NCBI GenBank assembly: GCA_964234715.1
Contig: OZ174289.1
DNA length: 64,000 nucleotides
Source of the DNA: Podarcis melisellensis
Lineage: Eukaryota
Strand: one strand, 5' to 3'
In this document: piece after piece, positions 23,964 through 36,530 of the stretch
Layout of the letters: each line of letters opens with the position of its first letter
Position numbering within the stretch: the first letter of the stretch is position 1
Position numbers and translations under genes: made by a program
The notes under the pieces: generated by a model
The model's database searches: none
The model's input: only the letters and a program-made list of their open reading frames with translations
What the model was told of the DNA's origin: nothing

Positions 23964-24280
23964 TGTAGCTTTGTGAGGAGAACAGAGGTCTCTTAAAGAC
24001 TCTCAGCCCCTGCATCAAACCACAGTTCCCAGGATTCTTTGGGGGGAAGCCATGACTGTTAAAAGTGGTATAAGAGAACTATAAATGCTTGGTGCAGATG
24101 TGACCTTCGTTGCAGGTCTCCTCCACTTACCACCTCTAAATTTAGAGTTTGCAGCCACTGAAAAAAATCACTCTACGCTAAGCTTACATTTCAGGGGGAA
24201 ATCCCTAAGTCAATCAATGTATTGACCAGGAAAAAGGAAGGAAAGCAGGTTGTGTGTTTGTTTGCTTCTTTTGTGCTTCT

Positions 24281-24282
<2 letters not shown>

Positions 24283-24320
<38 letters not shown>
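24283..24320. repeat. (GT)n microsatellite
   Basis: Direct reading. Confidence 0.95.
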
Positions 24321-24322
<2 letters not shown>

Positions 24323-24829
24323 AAAAGCAGAAAGAGCCCGCAATCTCTGCTGGGGAGCAGAACTATGGATCCTGCAAAAGATTCCTGCATTGCAGGGAGT
24401 TGGACTAGATGACACCAGGGTTCCTTAGTGCTATGATTTTATATCAAGCTGGCAACCTCTGTTCTTTCTCAGCCGCTTGAGTTCTGTGCCTATCTTTGAA
24501 GTCATGGGAATGAAGCATACAAAGACTATGGCTTCCTAATTTAGGTCAGGATTGTCAAACCATCACCAGGGGATTTGAGAGAGGGTGGGGGTGAGATCCA
24601 TTAAAAGAGGCGTCTGATCATCTCGGCTTCTCATTGGCAGCCTCCACACATATACACACACCATGGTGGAAGGGAGAATGACAGCAGAGACAGGGAGCTT
24701 TCTTTTGCTGCTTGGAAGACAAGAAACATGCCTACTCAAAAGCTTTAAGGAGGACAGTGGTTACGGTAATTTAATTTCCCCCTGCCTTTTAATCCGAGGT
24801 GAGAACCTGCAAAGTCCCTTTCTACAAAA

Positions 24830-25285
24830 GCCACAAAGAATCTTATGCCACCTTAAAAAAAGGTAAAGGTGACCATTAAATCCAGTCGCAGACGACTCTG
24901 GGGTTGCGGCACTCATCTCACTTTACAGGCCAAGAGAGCCAGCGCTTGTCCGGAGACAGTCTTTCCGGGTCATGTGGCCAGCATGACTAAGCCGCTGCTG
25001 ATGAAACCAGAGCAGTGCATGGAAACACCGTTTACCTTCCTGCTGAAGCGGTACCTATTTAGTGTGCTTTCGAACTGCTAGGTTGGCAGGAGCTGGGACA
25101 AAGCAAGGGGAGCTCACCCCGTTGTGGGGATTCGAACTGCGGACCTTCTGATCAGGAAGCCTGAGAGGCTGAGTGGTTTAGACCACAGTGCCACCCATGT
25201 CCCTTAAATGCCACCTTAAAAGCTAGCAAATTTATTATCACATATGTGGTCATAGACCAGAATGCACTTCATCAGATACATGAAC
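24830..25285 (-). mobile_element. Decayed Penelope pLTR remnant interrupted by a Sauria SINE
   Basis: Minus strand reads TCATGTATCTGATGAAGTG...AATAAATTTGCTAGCTTTTAAGGTGGCA, resembling the pLTR at 23825-23900; the GAAA half of the hammerhead core is lost. Confidence 0.5.
24859..25203 (-). mobile_element. Sauria SINE
   Basis: Full-length; TSD ATGCCACCTTAAAA (24845-24858, 25208-25221). Confidence 0.92.
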
Positions 25286-25469
25286 CTGAGTCACAGGTGC
25301 ATGGTTGGAGTGGAAGTTAGGAAGAAATCAGGTTATATATCTTGTTAGTTAGTTATTAATCACCTTCCACACATACAGTTTACAAAATTCAACAACAACA
25401 AAAACAGTTAAAAGCAACATTAGATAAAAACCGTGCCCATGGCAGAGGCCACTCATGGAAAAGCCAGGA

Positions 25470-25798
25470 GTGTCTGCAGGAGTATCTCTACCCCCATCAT
25501 TCTGCCCGGACACTGAGGTCCAGCGCTGAGAGGCTTCTGGCGGTTCCCTCGCTGCGAAAAGCCAAGTTACAGTGAACCAGGCAGAGGGCCTTCTCGGTAG
25601 TGGCACCTGCCCTGTGGAACGCCCTCCCACCAGATGTCAAAGAGAAGAACAACTACCAGACTTTTAGAAGACATCTGAAGGCAGCCCTCTTTAGGGAAGC
25701 TTTTACTGTTTAATAGACTATAATATTTTAATATTCTGTTGGAAGCTGCCCAGAGTCGCTGGGGAAACCGAGCCAGATGGGCGGGGTATAAATAATAA

Positions 25799-25848
<50 letters not shown>
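25470..25848 (+). mobile_element. L2 LINE 3' fragment with (TTA)n tail
   Basis: RAFSVVAPALWNALP-like coding end, GCTGCCCAGAGT...GGGCGGGGTATAAAT terminus and microsatellite tail. An older minus-strand L2 follows at about 25850-26600. Confidence 0.75.
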
Positions 25849-25849
<1 letters not shown>

Positions 25850-26171
25850 AAAATATCTCCAGTTGTTTCTGTAAAGTTAAGTTGATGGGCACCCGTCTTA
25901 TCTCAACAATGGCAGCCACACTGAAAGATCTGCTCCAAGTCACTGTGAAAAGGTCTTCCAATATCTTTGGGACTTGCAGGAGAAGCTCTCCCACATACTG
26001 CAGTGACCCACTAGGCTTATATAAGGGTTGAAAGTGCCTCTCAAGCAGCATGGTCCTGAGCTGTATAGGGCCTTTCATATTAATACCAACAACACTCTGA
26101 ACTTGGCCCTGGTAGCAGACTGGCTGCCAGTGCAAATCCCACAAGCAAGGAATTGCATGCTGGCAGTAGTA

Positions 26172-26526
26172 AGGTAAATGTAAAGGGACCCCTGACCATT
26201 AGGTCCAGTCGTGGCCAACTCTGGTGTTGTGGCGCTCATCTCGCTTTATTGGCTGAGGGTGCCGGCATACAGCTTCCGGATCATGTGGCCAGCATGACTA
26301 AGCCACTTCTGGCGAACCAGAGCAGCACACGGAAACACCGTTTACCTTCCCGCCAGAGCAGTACCTATTTATCTACTTGCACTTTGACGTGCTTTCGAAC
26401 TGCTAGGTTGGCAGGAGCAGGGACCGAGCAAAGGGAGCTCACCCCGTCACAGGGATTCGAACCACCGACCTTCTGATTGGCAAGTCCAAGGCTCAGTGGT
26501 TTAACCCATAGTGCCACCCGCGTCCC
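26172..26526 (-). mobile_element. Sauria SINE
   Basis: Full-length GGGACGCGGGTGGC head to (ACCTTT)n tail; 13-bp TSD GCTGGCAGTAGTA. Confidence 0.95.
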
Positions 26527-26640
26527 GCTGGCAGTAGTAGCCACAAGCAACCTAGCTACAGCATTCTTCCACCAGCTGAAGCCTCCAAATCAACCTCAAC
26601 CCACACAGATGTAAAAAGAAGCACAACAACTTTTTATATC

Positions 26641-26765
26641 TGGGTTGCCATATGTCCTCATTTTCCAGGACATGTCCTCTTTTTCATGGGCAGAGTTTTC
26701 ATAGTGCTAAAAGCAGAAGTCAGCAAATGTGTCCTCTTTTTTGCTCTTCAAAATATGGCAACCCA
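26641..26765. mobile_element. Short MITE (hAT-like ends)
   Basis: 13-bp TIR TGGGTTGCCATAT / ATATGGCAACCCA; an 8-bp TSD is not cleanly preserved. Confidence 0.6.
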
Positions 26766-29428
26766 TATCAGAAAAGCAGGAGATAACTTGAGGCAGGAAT
26801 CTACTGGAATCTAAAGAAATCTATTGTAGCCAAATTGTGTAGTATGACGTTTTCCAAGATGCAAGCTTGAAAAATAAAATAAGGGTGTCCTTTTCATCTG
26901 ATGTGGAGTTAATCCATTTTTTAATGCAAAGCCACAGAATGCAGCAGACTTTTAAAAAAAGTATTACTTAAGGCCAAATGAATGGAAAATCTGCATCTAT
27001 CTGTTAACTATTATTTTAAAGAAAAGCAATTTACGTCTTATCAAAGGTCTCTTTCTCCCTCCCCCCACAACCCCAGTTAAAGACACACAAGACATGCAGA
27101 GCTGCATTAGTCCAACTTCTAGGGCTTTCTGTCTGAATGACTGCAATACCTGCAAAATCTAGATCCATCTAGTAAGCAGCTATTTATACCTCCCTTTGAT
27201 CCTAAATCCTTATCTAATCAAAGAAAAATAACATCTATAAAAATCCAGGTTGAAGGGCAGAGAAAACAGTTTAGCATACATTAGTGCAACTTTTTGGTGG
27301 GGGGGTGGGAGCAGATAAAAAAAGATGGGAAAGAAATAGGAAAGATATGAAATTATGGGGAAGGGGAGACCAGGAATTCCTCTTTCACAGCTCTCCAATG
27401 CCTTTTTGATTTTGTGTACCTATTGCCTAGGCAACCACAAAAGCATGACCTTTCAGCTGGCGTTTCTTCAGCTGATGGCTGGTGATGTTTTCTCCTTCAG
27501 TGCTAATGAGTGAAACTAAAGATGTTCCTTGCTGGTTTGTGATGGCTGGTGCCTACTAGCTATGAAATCTCCCTACCTGCTTAGGTAGGGGCTGGAGAAA
27601 AAGAGTCTGGGCAGTCATAACGTAGCCAGACAAGGAAGTCTTCAGTTTTGGAACTGACTGGGGGGAAAAGAGGGAGAAGAATGGATTAAGAAAGCAAGTT
27701 ATGCGTGGGGGGAGAGATATTTGCAAGCAGGCACATGCACGCACAAACACACGATTTATTCATTCACAGTTATAAATTGCTTCCCAGACTATATCTCAAA
27801 ACAATTTGGCAATAAAAATATTTACACAATTATGACAATTAAAAAACAATTAAAAACACTTCCATATGTAAAAAATAAAATACATTTCATAGGTAAAAGC
27901 AATTTCAAATCCAGGACGGATACAGATTGGGTTACATCACCCTTCATTGCAAGTGCTGGTAGAGGGGTCAGTCAGCTTCTCCAAGTATTTCCTAGTCTTT
28001 CTGGGCCATTTACCTGTAATTTCCCTGGCAAAAGATGTGCCTGGACCACGTACCATTAAGGAACATCAAAGCATTCGTCCTAGCAGTCTTAAATCTCTGC
28101 TGTCCAAACCCAAATCCTTCACAACAAACATATAAAGAAAGCTTGCCGCACTTTAATCTGCGTCGGGGGGGGGGTCTACCTACCCTCGCTTTTTAGAAGC
28201 AGGACTGCATCTTGCAATCGTTAGCTGACCTTTGTTTCACCCCTGCTATTATTTGTGCCGTTGCTAAACCTTTTAAACTGCTCCTTGAGCAGATTGTGCC
28301 ATTGAATCAATTTCAATTAAACTCCTTCCCTGAACATATTGCCCGTGACCTTCCTTCAGATTCCTTGATGTCCCCAGGGAGGTTCGCAGCAGGTTTAAGG
28401 GGCTTTTTCAGCCAGGGAGCCACATTCCCTCACGTGCAACCTTTTGGGGGTGCCACCTGGCAATGGGGAGCAGGGCCAGAGGGCAAAGTGGGAGGGGCTA
28501 CAGCCAAAAGTGGGTGGAAGAACAGGTGGAACTCTTAGCTTTGTGCAGCCGGCTACGTTCCAGCATCATAAAATCTGGAAGTTTTTGAATGACACACAAA
28601 CACCCCCTCCATATCTGCCATTTAGGCAAGCTAGAAATGCTATCTGAGCGCAAAGACACATTCCAACGAAGCAAAAGCACTCAAAGGGGATGCAGAGCAG
28701 AGATGTTGCGTCCATGGAGAAGGAGTGTGTTCTAGATCTTGGGAGAGTCCCAAAGGCCAGACAGAGAGGCTGGGAAGGGGACACATTCAGCACACTGGCC
28801 TGAGGTTCCCCACCCATACTTTGGAACAGTTTCCCCCCTCAAAATTGAGTCCCCTGCTGTTGCTGGACTACAACTCCCACCATCCCAAGCTAGCAGGACC
28901 ATTGGTCGGGGATGATGGGAGCTGTAGACCAACAACAGCAGGAGGAGACCCAAGGTTGAGAAGCACTGCTTTAGAGAGACTTCATCCTTACTCAGTACCC
29001 TAGTTAACCTTGGCACAAAAAGCTGAAGAATCAAGAGCTGCCTCAACCTTCTGCAGGGGTGGGGAACACCTCTGCCCTTCTTCTCTCACCATCCCATTGG
29101 CCATCCTTGGTGGGACTGCTGGGAGTTGTCAATCAGCAACATCTGGATGGCCAAATGCTCCCTACCCCAACCTACTGGGTTAATAGAACAATAGGATTCT
29201 TCTGGGGGGAAGTGGCAGAAGCACTTAGAGAAGAAACACCCTGGTGCATCTGCAGCAGCACAACTGCATGCCTTCCTATGCCCCAGCTGCAACAAAGCAT
29301 ATCTCTCCCATATCAGTCTCTACAGCCAAAGCAGGCGCTGCAACATTCTACAGCCAAAGCAGGCGCTGCAACCTCACCCCAAAGCTACACTCCTCCTTTG
29401 TCTCTCAAGACAGACAGATGCCAACCAG

Positions 29429-29433
<5 letters not shown>

Positions 29434-29484
<51 letters not shown>
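29434..29484. repeat. (AG)n microsatellite
   Basis: Direct reading. Confidence 0.95.
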
Positions 29485-29486
<2 letters not shown>

Positions 29487-30136
29487 TTGATCCAGGGTCT
29501 CAAAATATAACCCTGCCAGCTTCCAGTCTCTTAACCACTCGACACCCTAGAAGGTTTATGGCAACTTAGCCAGGAAGGCCAAGGGATGAGCAGAACTGCA
29601 GAGAGAATCAGGTGGCCGATGCAAAGTTTGAGGCTTGAAGAGATGCTGAACTAGCAAGCAGGTCAGGTCAGAGACGCATGTGCTGAGGCATTGCATGGAT
29701 ACGTGTGTGTCCTCCCTGCAGTAATGCAGACCCCATACAATTAAGCCTGCTGCTAGCACACTCACCACCACCTCGATGCAATGTGGAGCTGGACCGAAAC
29801 TTACAATGAGCCCCTCTCTTCCAGTAGACAGTAGCCCTCACATTCCTTTCCCCTAACTGCAGATTTCCCAGGAAAAGAATGTCCCTACATTCATATACAG
29901 ACACACTGGAGGAACACTTGAGTTCACAAATACAGTATCTCAATGGGGCAATCGCCTGTGAAAATGAGCGGCTTGGCATGTGCATCTCTAAAACCCCAGC
30001 ACTGCCTTCGTAGCCAAACTGGGAAGATGTTGGTTCTGCCGCTACAGGCATCTGAGCTAATTAAAAGCCCGGGCAAGCCGACCAGGGCTAGATACAGTAG
30101 CTCACAGTGCCATGCAGTCTTTTCCAAGTTGCAAGC

Positions 30137-30178
30137 TTGTTTGTTTGTTTGTTTGTTTGTTTGTTTGTTTGTTTGTTT
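30137..30178. repeat. (TTTG)n microsatellite
   Basis: Direct reading. Confidence 0.95.
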
Positions 30179-30339
30179 ATAAGGTTTCTTACTCACCCAA
30201 GGTCCCAGGGCAGGTTGCAAGCAATAGAAAACAACAATGATAAAAAACAGATGCAATTGTAAAATGGACAGAGCAACATACATTCAGCAGAAGAAGTGGG
30301 TCCATCAAAACAAGAGAGAAACTGTCAAAAGGTCAAGGT

Positions 30340-30530
30340 AAGGAGGTGCATTTTCAGCATGCAACAAAGCTGTACAATGAAGGTGCCAAACTGATAGTGA
30401 TGCACTGGAACGATAAGTGTACGGCTCCATTTAATCAATGGGTGGAAGCTATAATGACCCTTACGGCTTATAGATGTGCTCCTCGTGTGGACAAGTATAA
30501 TGACATTTGGAACGCATTTGTATATAATAT
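30340..30530 (+). mobile_element. Old L1 ORF2 C-terminal remnant
   Basis: AKLIVMHWNDK..PFNQWVE...KYNDIWNAF resembles the Trp-rich L1 ORF2 C-terminus. Confidence 0.4.
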
Positions 30531-33500
30531 CGTCAGTTAGCTCAGTTGGTTGAGGTTGAGGCTCTCAGTTCCTTGGCTATTCAAGGGATGTGGAGCCAGA
30601 TGCTGTTGAATGCCAACTCCCATCAGCTCTAGCCAGCATGGCCAATCGCCAGGGATGATGGGAGCTGGCGTCCAACATCATCTGGAGGGCCACAGGTTTG
30701 CCCAGTCCTGCCCTAAACAAACCCACTAGAGAAGACATTGTACTTGATTGTATACAAGCATAACATTTCACTGAACAATTCATAATCAAAACAGAAAAAT
30801 CTGCCATTGTCTCTTCTTCTACTCCAAACATACCACATTTAATGAGACTATAAAGGATAAAATATAGCTCAGGATTTCTGAAATGATGCATGTCATTTTA
30901 GGGAGAATGGCTTTTGTAAATCATTATTCTACAGCCACACTCCTCTGTTTGTTCCCCTTGAGGTTTGGGGCTTCTCCAGACCACCTGTTTATCCATTCAT
31001 CCTGATTGATTTTCCGGGAGACTAGATGAAGTTGCCTATTTAATTAGCATTGCCTTGATTTGTTTGTGGGGAGGTTAGATGGTACTATGTCAAAGCAAGG
31101 GTTGCAAATTCCTGTGCATTTTCCTGTCACTTTCCTTATCGCATAAAGTCTAATCTTTTGAGGAAGTGAGTTTGTTGCAATAAAGACCTTCCCATCAACT
31201 ATAATTGTGCAACTTGAATTTGCCAGAATCCCATTCGAAAATAGTCTCAGTCCAGAATTGTCCTGTGCCTGGTCTTTATTGAGCATTCATTATTATTTGT
31301 TTAAAGGGTGGTTATTTATTAGTATTCATCCTGATTTTCTTTGGGGGCATTTATACACCTTCTAATTAACAATTTGTTAATTCCACACTTTTTGGAACAT
31401 TTTCCCTGTTACTTTCCTAACTGCAAAAAGACAGTGTTATCGTTTTTAAGAGGATTTGTTGTGACAGAGCTACAGAGTGCTGTATTCCACCTTAATTGCA
31501 GAAAATAACTATGCACTTGAATGCCACAGAAAGGTGACAGTCTTGAAGCACCCCTGGTCTATGGAGGTGGGTTTGAATTAGCACCATTAGAAATAATTTT
31601 TTGGAATGACCCAGATTTAGTTCACTTTAAAAGGGGACGAGTTTAAAAGGAAGCGACAGCAGCTCTAATGTGAAGTTTTACAAACTGACACACTGAAATC
31701 GCAGTGGGCGGCACACTGAGGACAAAATGTTTCAAATTAGTATTTCATTCCAAAAGGCTCTTACTGATTGAAGAGTCGGTAAGGTGATGGCTGAATTATA
31801 CATAGAGTTTCTCTGATTTCTCTCTGTCAAGGGTCATGCTAGCTGCTAGAGTAACTTCAATATTTAATTCTTCCTGCTAAACAGAGGAATGTTTGCCTCG
31901 TTTTCACTTCCCGGACAGAGCTGAGAGCAGCATTTTGAACCTCACAACGACCTTGTAAAGCTGGCCAAGCCAAACATTAGGATGCCTAGTAAACATGCCA
32001 GCAGAGCAGAAATTCGAATCCAGATTCTGCAAATCCAATTTTCAGACATAGAGGTGGCTAACAGTTGGTCAAGGAGATACTGTTGTTATCTGGTCTCTGA
32101 TGATGAATCCACCAACTTTTGATAAAGACGTAGAATAATAATAATTATTATTATTTTACACTTTTGCTCCCAACAAATAGAAAATAGCACGTGAGAGATA
32201 TAGCATATACACCAGACTTCCTCAACCTGGTGCCCTCCTGCTGTTTTTGGATTACAACTCCCATCATCCTGAACCAGAGGCAATGATGGCTGGGGCTGAT
32301 GGGAGTTGGAGTGCAAGATGTCTGGGGGACACCAGGTTGCAGAAGGCTGACTTACAGTTTCCCACAAAAATAGAGAAGCTGTCAATGTCTGCTTTAGTCT
32401 GTGCATATCACAATGGAGTATTAGGTCCAGTTAGGTTCTCTGCCTATAGTATTTGTTTCAAAGAGCTGACAAAAGGCTCATTCACACTTCCCCTTGATCC
32501 AGGCCTAGAAAACATGTGTCCTGCTGCTTTACTTGAGAAAAACTTGCTGTTTACCGCTGAATTAGAATAAATGTCAAGCTATGGGGGTGGGTGGGTGGAA
32601 TTGACGTTTGTTCCATTTCAGTGGTAGGCAGCAGGTTTTTTTTCTGGTGAAAGCAATAGGAGAAGCAGAAGAATGGACAAGACTGCAGACACTCAGGAAT
32701 GGAATTATTCCATTACAAATGGGAGTCCAGCTACGTCTGAGGTGCTTCCAGATGACCTGCTTCAATGAGCAGTCACTCTGATTTGCTTGCAAGAAGGCTA
32801 GATGACGTTGCATCACAGCAAGTGTTATCCCACACTTTTCAGTGCTTTTCCCCATCACTTTCCTTACTGCAAAAAGTCAGGTATTTGGCAGGAGAAGGAG
32901 GTTTGTCCTGTAAGACCACCTAATCAGTTTTAACTGCACAATCTGAATTTGCAGGTATGTGACGGAATCACCAACCTAAAATGGCAACAGTCTGGAAGTG
33001 TCCATGAAGGACTAAAGATTTCCCATCCTGCACACCGACATATGTGTAGCTTTTTGGATCGAAAATTATTTCATTAATTTGTGTCGGTGGGGTTGGGAAT
33101 CAGTGGAAGGGATTGTTATGCAACTGGCAAAAAACAATTAGATGTTTTAAAATGTGAATTTTCTAGGCTAGAGACACGAAAGTGCATGTGTTTGACACTG
33201 AGGTGGAGGGTGGAAACTGTTTAGGAAGGAATCACTCTGTGGATTCTTCCGTGTAATTCTCAGGATTCCCAGCTGCCTGGTGTTACTGCTAAGAGCCAGT
33301 TGCCTCTAAAATAAGCCTGTTTATACTTTTGAGAGTAGTGAATGGATAGCATCTCACTCACTCACAAACCCTCACGTTCTGCAATCTGAATGATAGCAGA
33401 CTGCTGGATTGCACAGCCTAAAGGTTACTCATATTAAAAGGCACACTATGGCCTAGTGCGAAAAGTTGTGGCTGGCATATAAAGCTTAAAACAAGCCATG

Positions 33501-34762
33501 GTTCCATATAAATCAAGGGGAAACTCTCTCTCTCTCTCTTTCTCTTTCCCACTCATAAATTGCCTGACAATAGGTTTTACTGCAGGACTTAATTTGCGTC
33601 CTGGTTGTCAACATGGCCCAGTTGTGAGGGCCTGAGAAAGCTATGCTGGTCACATGAGAAGGCTGCCTCCTCCTTCTCCTCAGCAAGAAAGGACAGTGGC
33701 TCCATTTGTCTTCAAGATCTGTCTCCAATTAGAGAAAGAGGAGAGCTTTTTCAACCAGCTTGCTACCCGTCCCCTCGGCTTTTTCATGACGCATCATAGG
33801 AGAATGCATTTAAAAGCGGAATGCAAAGAGCATAGGCAAGGAGACAAGAGAGCAATTGTGTGGAGGCAGGACTCACAACAGGCCTGTCCGTTTTTTTCAT
33901 GCTTCCCTTTCTTCTTCTTCTTTTGCCTGCCTGCCTTCTTCCCTGGCTCCTCTCTCTTAACGCAAAAATATTTCAACAGCTTCTGCAGTGGGCATGGGCC
34001 CTTTTACCTGAGGGAAGAAAAGCACTCATCCCCATGTGCACAAAAATACAGTTATCACACAGAGACCTGCAATGCTGTTCATATGGCTTATTAGTAGTAG
34101 TATGTAGTACAGTATTGGTATTAGTATTAGTACAGTATATGCCTCCCCTCCGGCTGGGTTGCCCCAGCCTCTCTGGGGGCGGATCCCAAGAGATGATAAA
34201 TGGCGTATTGATTTGTTAATAATATAACATGACTTTTGCTGCAATTGTGATGTTTAGCTTATTTTTGTTAATAGTGGTTTATAGATTGCAACCATTTTAA
34301 TGATGACTTGTAAATTATTTCATATGATTTATGCCAGATTTGTTCTGTTTTGTTCTGTTATTGTTATTTATTGTTTGCAAGCCGCTTTCAGATGCATTTG
34401 AATGAAAAGCAGCACAGAAATACAGTCAATCAACCATTCCATCAATTGAAGAAGTACTTTACCTCCTCTGAAGATGAACGGGCAACTGCCCTGCCAGGAT
34501 ATCATACAGGGCAAGGTAGCAAGAACGTACCCTGTTGCTCCTTCTCGTCAGAGACACACACTTGGGGCAGAAAGTTACATGCTGAGGGATGCACACACAA
34601 ACAACAATTTTGTTTTATGCTGTTTCGGAACAGTCTTGTGCCCTTCAGATGATTTGGTCTAGAAGCCCCATCACCTTTGCCTGTTGGCTGTGCCTGATGG
34701 GAGTTGCAGTAGTCCAACAACAACTGAAGGGCATCAGATGGATGAAGACTTGCTGTAGAGGG

Positions 34763-35152
34763 TAGGTAAAGATAAAGGTAAGGGACCTCTGGACGGTTAT
34801 GTCCAGTCAAAGACAACTATGGGGTTGTGCCGCTCATCTCACTTCAGGCCAAGGGAGCTGGCATTTGTCCACCAGATAGCTTTCCGGGTCATGGGGCCAG
34901 CATGACTAAGCCGCTTCTGGCACAACGGAACAACCATGACAAGTGCCAGAGCACACAGAAAAGCCATTTACCTTCCCGCCACAGCAGTACCTATTTATCT
35001 ACTTGCACTGGTGTGCTTTTGAACTGCTAGATTGGCAGGAGCTGTGACAGAGCTACCGGAGCTCATCCCATCATGCAGATTCGAACGGCCAACCTTCTGA
35101 TCGGCAAGCCCAAGAGGTTCAGTGGTTTAGACCACAGCACCACCCGCGTCCC
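34763..35152 (-). mobile_element. Sauria SINE (second subfamily)
   Basis: Same core, variant 3' part GGACGGTTA.GTCCAGTCAAAG..ACTATGG. Confidence 0.9.
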
Positions 35153-36154
35153 ATGCTGAGGTTAGGACCCAAACCAATATGCTGGAATTGCAAGAATGGA
35201 CACTTGGAATAATTTATTGATGATACAAGGTGTTCAAAAGAGGCTGCGTCAGAAGGGGGTAGGCTCTCCCCCATTAGAGAAGGGCTGGATGGCTACCTTT
35301 CAGGGATCCTGGCTACAGATTGGTGGCAGGTTGGGTTTGATGACCTTCGAGGTCCCTTCCAACTGGTAAACATCTGGCAAGAAGCACATAGCATGGCCTC
35401 TTTGTGCTCAGAGACTTTGTCCACCTTTGCCACTCCAAGGAACTAGGGGAGACCCCGATGGCTAGCAGCACCAGAAGCTGGGACCAGGAATGTACACTCA
35501 GCCATGAAGCTCACTGGGTGACCTTGGCCCAGCCTCTTGTCTCTCTGCCTAACCTACCTCACAGGGTTGTTGTGAACATGAAATGGAGCAGGGGAAGAAC
35601 TGTATACGCCACCTTGAGCTTCTTGGAGGAGAGGTTGGGTATGCTGAAAGTATTCACAGCTTCCCTCCAAAAATCCCAGGAACTATAGTTGGTTGCGGGT
35701 GCAGAGAGCTGGTAAAAGACTACTCTTCCCCTCATCTGTGCTACAATTCCCAGAATTCCCTGGAAAGAGGGTCTGCCTGTGAAGCTACTCTGGATGTAGT
35801 AGTTCTCTGAGGGGAATAACAGACTAGTTTGTAGGATTTGGGGGGGGATTCATGACTGTTTAAAGGCAATGCTTTATATGGGGCCTCATACATAACAGCA
35901 GGGTCTATGCTAGGTCCCTGGCAAAGTGCTGTAATAGTGAGGCTGACTGTTGATTTACACTCCCACTCCCTTGACGGGAGGAAGTGCCTGGGTCTGAGAA
36001 TCCGCACACCAATTTCAATTTTCCAAATGGCAGAAAGCAAGGCTATATCAGGTGCACTGTGGGAAAATCAAAAGAATGGTCAGCTTCCCTGCCACACGAA
36101 AGGGAACAAACAGGACAAGCAGGTTGCACAGAAGCACTGGTATGCCCCTATGAC

Positions 36155-36530
36155 ACACTGCAGTCTAAATCACTGAGCCTCTTAGGCTTGCCAGTCAGAA
36201 GGCTGGCGGTTCAAATGTCCGAGATGGATTGAGCTCCCGTTGCTCTGTCCTAGCTCCTGCCAACCTAGCAGTTTAAAAGCACATCAAAGTGCAAGTAGAT
36301 AAATAGGTATCACAGGAGCGGGAAGGTAAACGGCGTTTCCATGCACTCTGGTTTCTGTCGTGGTTTTCCATTGTGCCAGAAGCAGTTTAGTCATGCTGGC
36401 CACATGACCCAGAAAGCTGTCTGTGGACAAATGCCGGCTCCCTCGGCCTGAAAGCGAGATGAGCGCTGCAACCCCATAGTCGCCTTTGACTGGACTTAAC
36501 CATCCAGGTGTCCTTTACCTTTTTTACCTT
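36155..36530 (+). mobile_element. Sauria SINE (second subfamily)
   Basis: Core and tail match 34763-35152 and 59424-59792 in the opposite orientation. Confidence 0.9.
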
